Shown: positions 60,068 through 64,000 of the stretch, piece after piece
How the letters are laid out: the number at the start of each line of letters is the position of its first letter
How positions within the stretch are numbered: the stretch's first letter is position 1
Source of the DNA: Candidatus Obscuribacteraceae bacterium
GTDB taxonomy: Bacteria > Cyanobacteriota > Vampirovibrionia > Obscuribacterales > Obscuribacteraceae
Assembly (NCBI GenBank): GCA_044229845.1
Contig: JBGASG010000007.1
Coordinates: forward strand, 160,001-224,000
Direction: 5' to 3'
Length of the DNA: 64,000 nucleotides
The notes under the pieces: model-generated
The model's input: only the letters and a program-made list of their open reading frames with translations
What the model was told of the DNA's origin: nothing
Databases searched by the model: none
Program-made: the position numbers and the translations under genes

Positions 60068-61381
60068 CTACCGGCGGTAGACGTTCGCTCCCAGTGCTCG
60101 GAATTTTTCTTCGAGATTCTCGTAGCCGCGATCCAGATGATGCAGACCACTGACCTCGGTGATGCCTTCCGCGGCCAGACCGGCGATGATCATCGCCGCT
60201 GCGGCGCGCAAGTCGGTGGACTTCACTTCGGCTCCCATCATGCGCGGAACACCTTTAACCACAGCCACGTTGCCTTTGACTGTGATGTCGGCGCCCATGC
60301 GTCTGAGTTCGGGAACGTGCATGAAGCGGTTTTCGTAAATGGTTTCGGTGACGATTGCGGTGCCTTCGGCGGCGGAAAGAACTGCCATCACAGGGGATTG
60401 CAGGTCGGTGGGGAATGCCGGATAGGGCAATGTCGTGATGTCGGTTGCGCGCGGTTTCTGGCGCATGATCACTTTGATAGTGTCGGGAGCATAGATGGAA
60501 ACCTCAGCGCCCATTTCGCTGATCTTGCTGATCAGTGAGTAGAGGTGGTGAGGATTCAAGCCCTCAATTACGACCTCGCCGCCCGCTGCCAGTGCCGCGA
60601 GAATGAATGTGCCGGCTTCCAGGCGATCGGGGATGGTATCAAATACGCAGGCGTGCAGATCATTTTGCTGTACACCATCTATGGTGATTGCATAAGTGCC
60701 GGCGCCCGAGATGCGCGCTCCCATGGCGCAGAGGAAATCAGCCAGGTTGACGATTTCCGGGTCTTGCGCGGCGTTTTCAATTACAGTTTGTCCGTCGGCC
60801 AGGACGGCTGCCATCATGATGTTTTCGGTGGCACCATTAGACGGGCGATCGAGATAGATGCGAGCGCCCACGAGTTTTTCCGCGCTGGCATGCACGTAAC
60901 CATGATCCGTTTTTACATCTGCGCCCATGAGCTTCAAGCCGCGTTCATGCAAATCGATACGCCGTTCGCCGATGGCGCAGCCGCCCGGCAAAGAAACTTT
61001 GGCTTGCCCAAAACGACCAACCAGCGGACCCAGCACTACGAAGGAAGCGCGCAGCTGGCTGACCAGTTCGTACGGTGCTTCAATGTCGTGAATATCGCGA
61101 GCATCGATGGCTACTTCATTGCCGTTGATGTCGACTTTGGCGCCCAGGTGACGGATGATGGCCGCCATCATCTGCACATCAGTCAGATTGGGGACGTTGC
61201 GCAGCACCGATATATCTTTTGTGAGCAGTGCCGCCGCCATCATTTTCAAGACTGCATTCTTGGCGCCGCCGACACGCACCGAACCGCTGAGCGGCTTGCC
61301 GCCGTGCACGATGATTTTCTCCTCGGGACTGCCGTCGCCGGGGCGGGTTGGTGGATCAAGCCTGGTTGCCTGGGTGCTCAT
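60068..61381 (-). CDS. murA: UDP-N-acetylglucosamine 1-carboxyvinyltransferase
   Basis: GAKNA, LRAS, LPGGCAIGER, FPTDLQ and HLDRGYE motifs. Confidence 0.97.
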   Translation of the reverse strand: MSTQATRLDPPTRPGDGSPEEKIIVHGGKPLSGSVRVGGAKNAVLKMMAAALLTKDISVLRNVPNLTDVQMMAAIIRHLGAKVDINGNEVAIDARDIHDIEAPYELVSQLRASFVVLGPLVGRFGQAKVSLPGGCAIGERRIDLHERGLKLMGADVKTDHGYVHASAEKLVGARIYLDRPSNGATENIMMAAVLADGQTVIENAAQDPEIVNLADFLCAMGARISGAGTYAITIDGVQQNDLHACVFDTIPDRLEAGTFILAALAAGGEVVIEGLNPHHLYSLISKISEMGAEVSIYAPDTIKVIMRQKPRATDITTLPYPAFPTDLQSPVMAVLSAAEGTAIVTETIYENRFMHVPELRRMGADITVKGNVAVVKGVPRMMGAEVKSTDLRAAAAMIIAGLAAEGITEVSGLHHLDRGYENLEEKFRALGANVYRR

Positions 61382-61675
61382 TTCTGCGAATGCTCCGCGG
61401 ATGTCCTTGTCGAATCGAACAATCAGATTTCGATGGTGACGCGCTTGCGCCCCGATTCGTTTCTTGCTTTGCTTAGGAATGGCTGGGCTTAGTACCTCAG
61501 CTGATTTAACTGTACATGGTGAACGTAAACCCCACGTTAACCAAGAGCTAATTTAGGGGTATCTGGAAGCTTTGCCGACCTAGATCTTTTCACACAATCG
61601 CTGCTGACAACCGGTGCGATGTACACTGGATGGTAGGCTGGGCGGTAAATGTATATGTCGGTGCTGGCGGCGGTA

Positions 61676-62068
61676 ATGAAACGTTATCTGACCTATTTCT
61701 TCACCATCTTCGGTGTCACTGCCGCGCTCCAGGGTTGCTCGATGACCGAGGAGATGCGCCGCATCGAAGCCGTGAAGCGCATGAACGAGCGGGCGGCGGC
61801 GGCGCGTTCAAGCGATCTGACCGGCGAACAAATCTTCATGCGCAGTTGCAACACCTGCCATCCCGGCGGCAAAGAAGGTATGGGTCCGGCTCTCAATCAG
61901 CTCAACAAGCACTTTTCGGAGGATGCAATGCTGGTAGCGTTTCTTCGCAAAGGCAAGGGCACCATGCCCGGCCAGCCTAAAAACACCATCGACGACCAGG
62001 AGATGAGTGGACTGGTCGTCTACGTGCGGGCGCTTTGCGACGACCTCAACGAGAGCAAGTCCAAGTAG
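61676..62068 (+). CDS. monoheme c-type cytochrome, putative lipoprotein
   Basis: LQGC lipobox-like motif; GEQIF-x-x-SCNTCHPGG; GKGTMP axial Met. Start could be 61649. Confidence 0.88.
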   Translation: MKRYLTYFFTIFGVTAALQGCSMTEEMRRIEAVKRMNERAAAARSSDLTGEQIFMRSCNTCHPGGKEGMGPALNQLNKHFSEDAMLVAFLRKGKGTMPGQPKNTIDDQEMSGLVVYVRALCDDLNESKSK

Positions 62069-62108
62069 GCACAGCGGTCGGCACTACATGCGGTGCCAGT
62101 CCAGTTCG

Positions 62109-62717
62109 CTAGCCGCGCAAAATCCAGAGAATCCATATGATCAACGCTCCATAGGCCGTGAAAAAAATGGTGCGAGTGAGCAGATTGGCGTGTGGCAGGA
62201 TTACGGGCGGCACCGGACTGAAGCGTTTGATACTATCCGGAACTTTCTTTTTGTCAGCCAGATAGTCTGATTGGATGATCATCGGGATCAGTCCGCGGTC
62301 TTTGCCCTGCGGGCGATAGAGGACGAGAATCAATCCCGGACTTATATAAAGCCGCACTACCTGGGTCCAGTTGACCGAGCGCCTTTGCGGCCAGTACGGT
62401 GCCCTGTATTTGATGCCGTAGCCCGAGAGTTGCAGGCTGGATGGGCTGAGGTAGGGTCTGAGACCCAGCAGCAACGCGAGCAACGCAATTGTGATGAAGA
62501 AGCCTTCAATGTTCAAGAAGAGCTTCCAGTTGCCGGAGAGCCACAGCCCTTCCCAGCAATATCGAGCCAGTCCGGCATACACGGCGGAAAGGATGATGCA
62601 AAAAATCAGCTCGGCCGGCTCGCGCGGTTCGACGAAATTGTCCTGCACGTCCTTATCGACGGCGGCGGAAGCGGTCGGCGGATAAAGGTCGGCGTATGGA
62701 TCGAACTCTTCTTCCAT
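62109..62717 (-). CDS. membrane hypothetical protein
   Basis: 202-aa ORF with three hydrophobic segments. Confidence 0.7.
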   Translation of the reverse strand: MEEEFDPYADLYPPTASAAVDKDVQDNFVEPREPAELIFCIILSAVYAGLARYCWEGLWLSGNWKLFLNIEGFFITIALLALLLGLRPYLSPSSLQLSGYGIKYRAPYWPQRRSVNWTQVVRLYISPGLILVLYRPQGKDRGLIPMIIQSDYLADKKKVPDSIKRFSPVPPVILPHANLLTRTIFFTAYGALIIWILWILRG

Positions 62718-62842
62718 TTATTGCAAAGCTGTCTAAAAACGAATTCTATCTGCCACCGACAACTAAGGTAAGTACCACAATAGCCCATAGAGAGAACCTC
62801 TGACAAGGTGAAAATCCTGGGATAAAGAGTGGTGAGGGCAGC

Positions 62843-64000
62843 TCAAATCTGGTTGGTGCCGAACACTTCCAGGGCTGACTGCGCCGCTCGTTTCTTCCTC
62901 TGCCCCGGTTCGGCAAGGTGCTCGGACATCATGGCTTTGTAGAACTCCTGGTCGAAATCGCGAGCCCGAACCACCACCGGCATCGGCACCGCGTAACCGA
63001 GCACGAGCGCTTGCTGCTTGGGATCGAGCTGGGCAAGCACCGTGCGCAGTGTCTGGCTGCCGGCAACGCCTGTGAACACCGCGTCAATATCCTTGTCGTC
63101 GTTGAGCAGGGCCGTCACGCGCGTCCCGATCTGAGAGAGAATTTCCGGATCGATGCCGCTCGGCCTTTGATCGACGATCAACAGGGTGACGAAATACTTG
63201 CGCATTTCTCGGGCGATGATCCCGAAGATGGTTTGTTTGGCCACTTGTGGTGCCAAAAACTTGTGCGCTTCTTCGATGACGATCATCAATTTGCGCGGCG
63301 CTGCCGTCTTCTCGGGATTGGCCTGATGCAACTCGGAGAGGCGCACATACTGGCTGTGAATGCGGCGGGTGATGATATTGGTGGCCAGCATGTAGGAGAG
63401 CAGGTTGTTCTGCCGTCCGAACTCGAGCACGATGTGCTTGCCTGATTGCACATAGCGCAGCAGATCCTCGATGTAGTTGTGCGGTGCTCGCGGCATGAGA
63501 TAGGCTGTCTTCTGAACAATTGTGTTCAGTCGGCGCTGCAGAGTTTTGATGGCGGAAGGATGCCCCTTGTTCATTTCGACGAACTCTTCGATCTCTTCGC
63601 CGGTCATGTCCAGCAAAAGCGAGATCCAGTCCTGTCCCAGGCGTTCTTTAACGATATAGGCATTTTCTATCGCTGCGTCGGTGAGCGCCAGCTCTCCTTT
63701 CAGAAGTTCGAGATCTTCGATTTCGATCTGGTCGTAGCCGATGAAAAATTCGTGCACGTCAGGCAGTCCGCGGGCTTTCGAAGACTCGCTGTCCAGGCTG
63801 AAGACGGCCACATCCGGTCCGAAAAGTTGTTTCAGTCCTTTGACGCGCGGCTGTCCTTTATTTTCCGACATGGCTTGCCAGCCGTATTCGTTGTGCATAT
63901 CGAAAATCAAGACGGATGCCAGATCTTTTTTGATCACGCCGCAGAGGAAGATGCGTGTAAGAAACGACTTGCCGGTTCCTGACTTGCCAAAGATGCCGTT
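62843..64000 (-). CDS. HerA-like/DUF87 ATPase (5' end outside window)
   Basis: Open to the window edge: GIFGKSGTGKS Walker A; IFDMHNEYG, IEEAHKF, AREMRKY and DQRPS motifs. Confidence 0.9.
   Translation of the reverse strand, partial: NGIFGKSGTGKSFLTRIFLCGVIKKDLASVLIFDMHNEYGWQAMSENKGQPRVKGLKQLFGPDVAVFSLDSESSKARGLPDVHEFFIGYDQIEIEDLELLKGELALTDAAIENAYIVKERLGQDWISLLLDMTGEEIEEFVEMNKGHPSAIKTLQRRLNTIVQKTAYLMPRAPHNYIEDLLRYVQSGKHIVLEFGRQNNLLSYMLATNIITRRIHSQYVRLSELHQANPEKTAAPRKLMIVIEEAHKFLAPQVAKQTIFGIIAREMRKYFVTLLIVDQRPSGIDPEILSQIGTRVTALLNDDKDIDAVFTGVAGSQTLRTVLAQLDPKQQALVLGYAVPMPVVVRARDFDQEFYKAMMSEHLAEPGQRKKRAAQSALEVFGTNQI

Noticed and set aside
1..64000. HIP1 (GCGATCGC) enrichment
   Set aside because: Only a few scattered copies were noticed by eye, not the high density typical of HIP1-rich cyanobacteria. 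Not formally counted.

Overview
Bacterial chromosomal window of mostly housekeeping genes: coaD, cmk, msrB, SOD, ribH, kdsC, rpsU, EF-G2, aspS, comM, lysC, murA and tRNA-Pro(GGG). These are mixed with Ser/Thr kinases, TPR proteins and lineage-specific hypotheticals. Several genes look cyanobacterial (coaD followed by a DivIVA/Cdv3-like gene, a Hik33/NblS-like kinase, a c6-like cytochrome), yet no photosynthesis genes are present. This suggests a non-photosynthetic cyanobacterial relative (Vampirovibrionia/Melainabacteria); that placement is inference only. Main signals the ORF track misses: (1) a SelW/Rdx-family selenoprotein with an in-frame UGA in a YCGA-U-GY motif and a SECIS-like hairpin, inside a redox gene cluster; (2) five intergenic copies of the palindrome core (C)AACCGATATCGGTT(G), extending to 28-36 bp, plus an HTH/coiled-coil/amphipathic-tail protein as a candidate binder; (3) deletion-collapsed relics of a glutathione peroxidase and an IS3 transposase, and a frameshifted receiver-like gene; (4) an uncharacterised protein built from a duplicated ~125-aa domain. 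All family calls come from motif recognition by eye; no searches were run.
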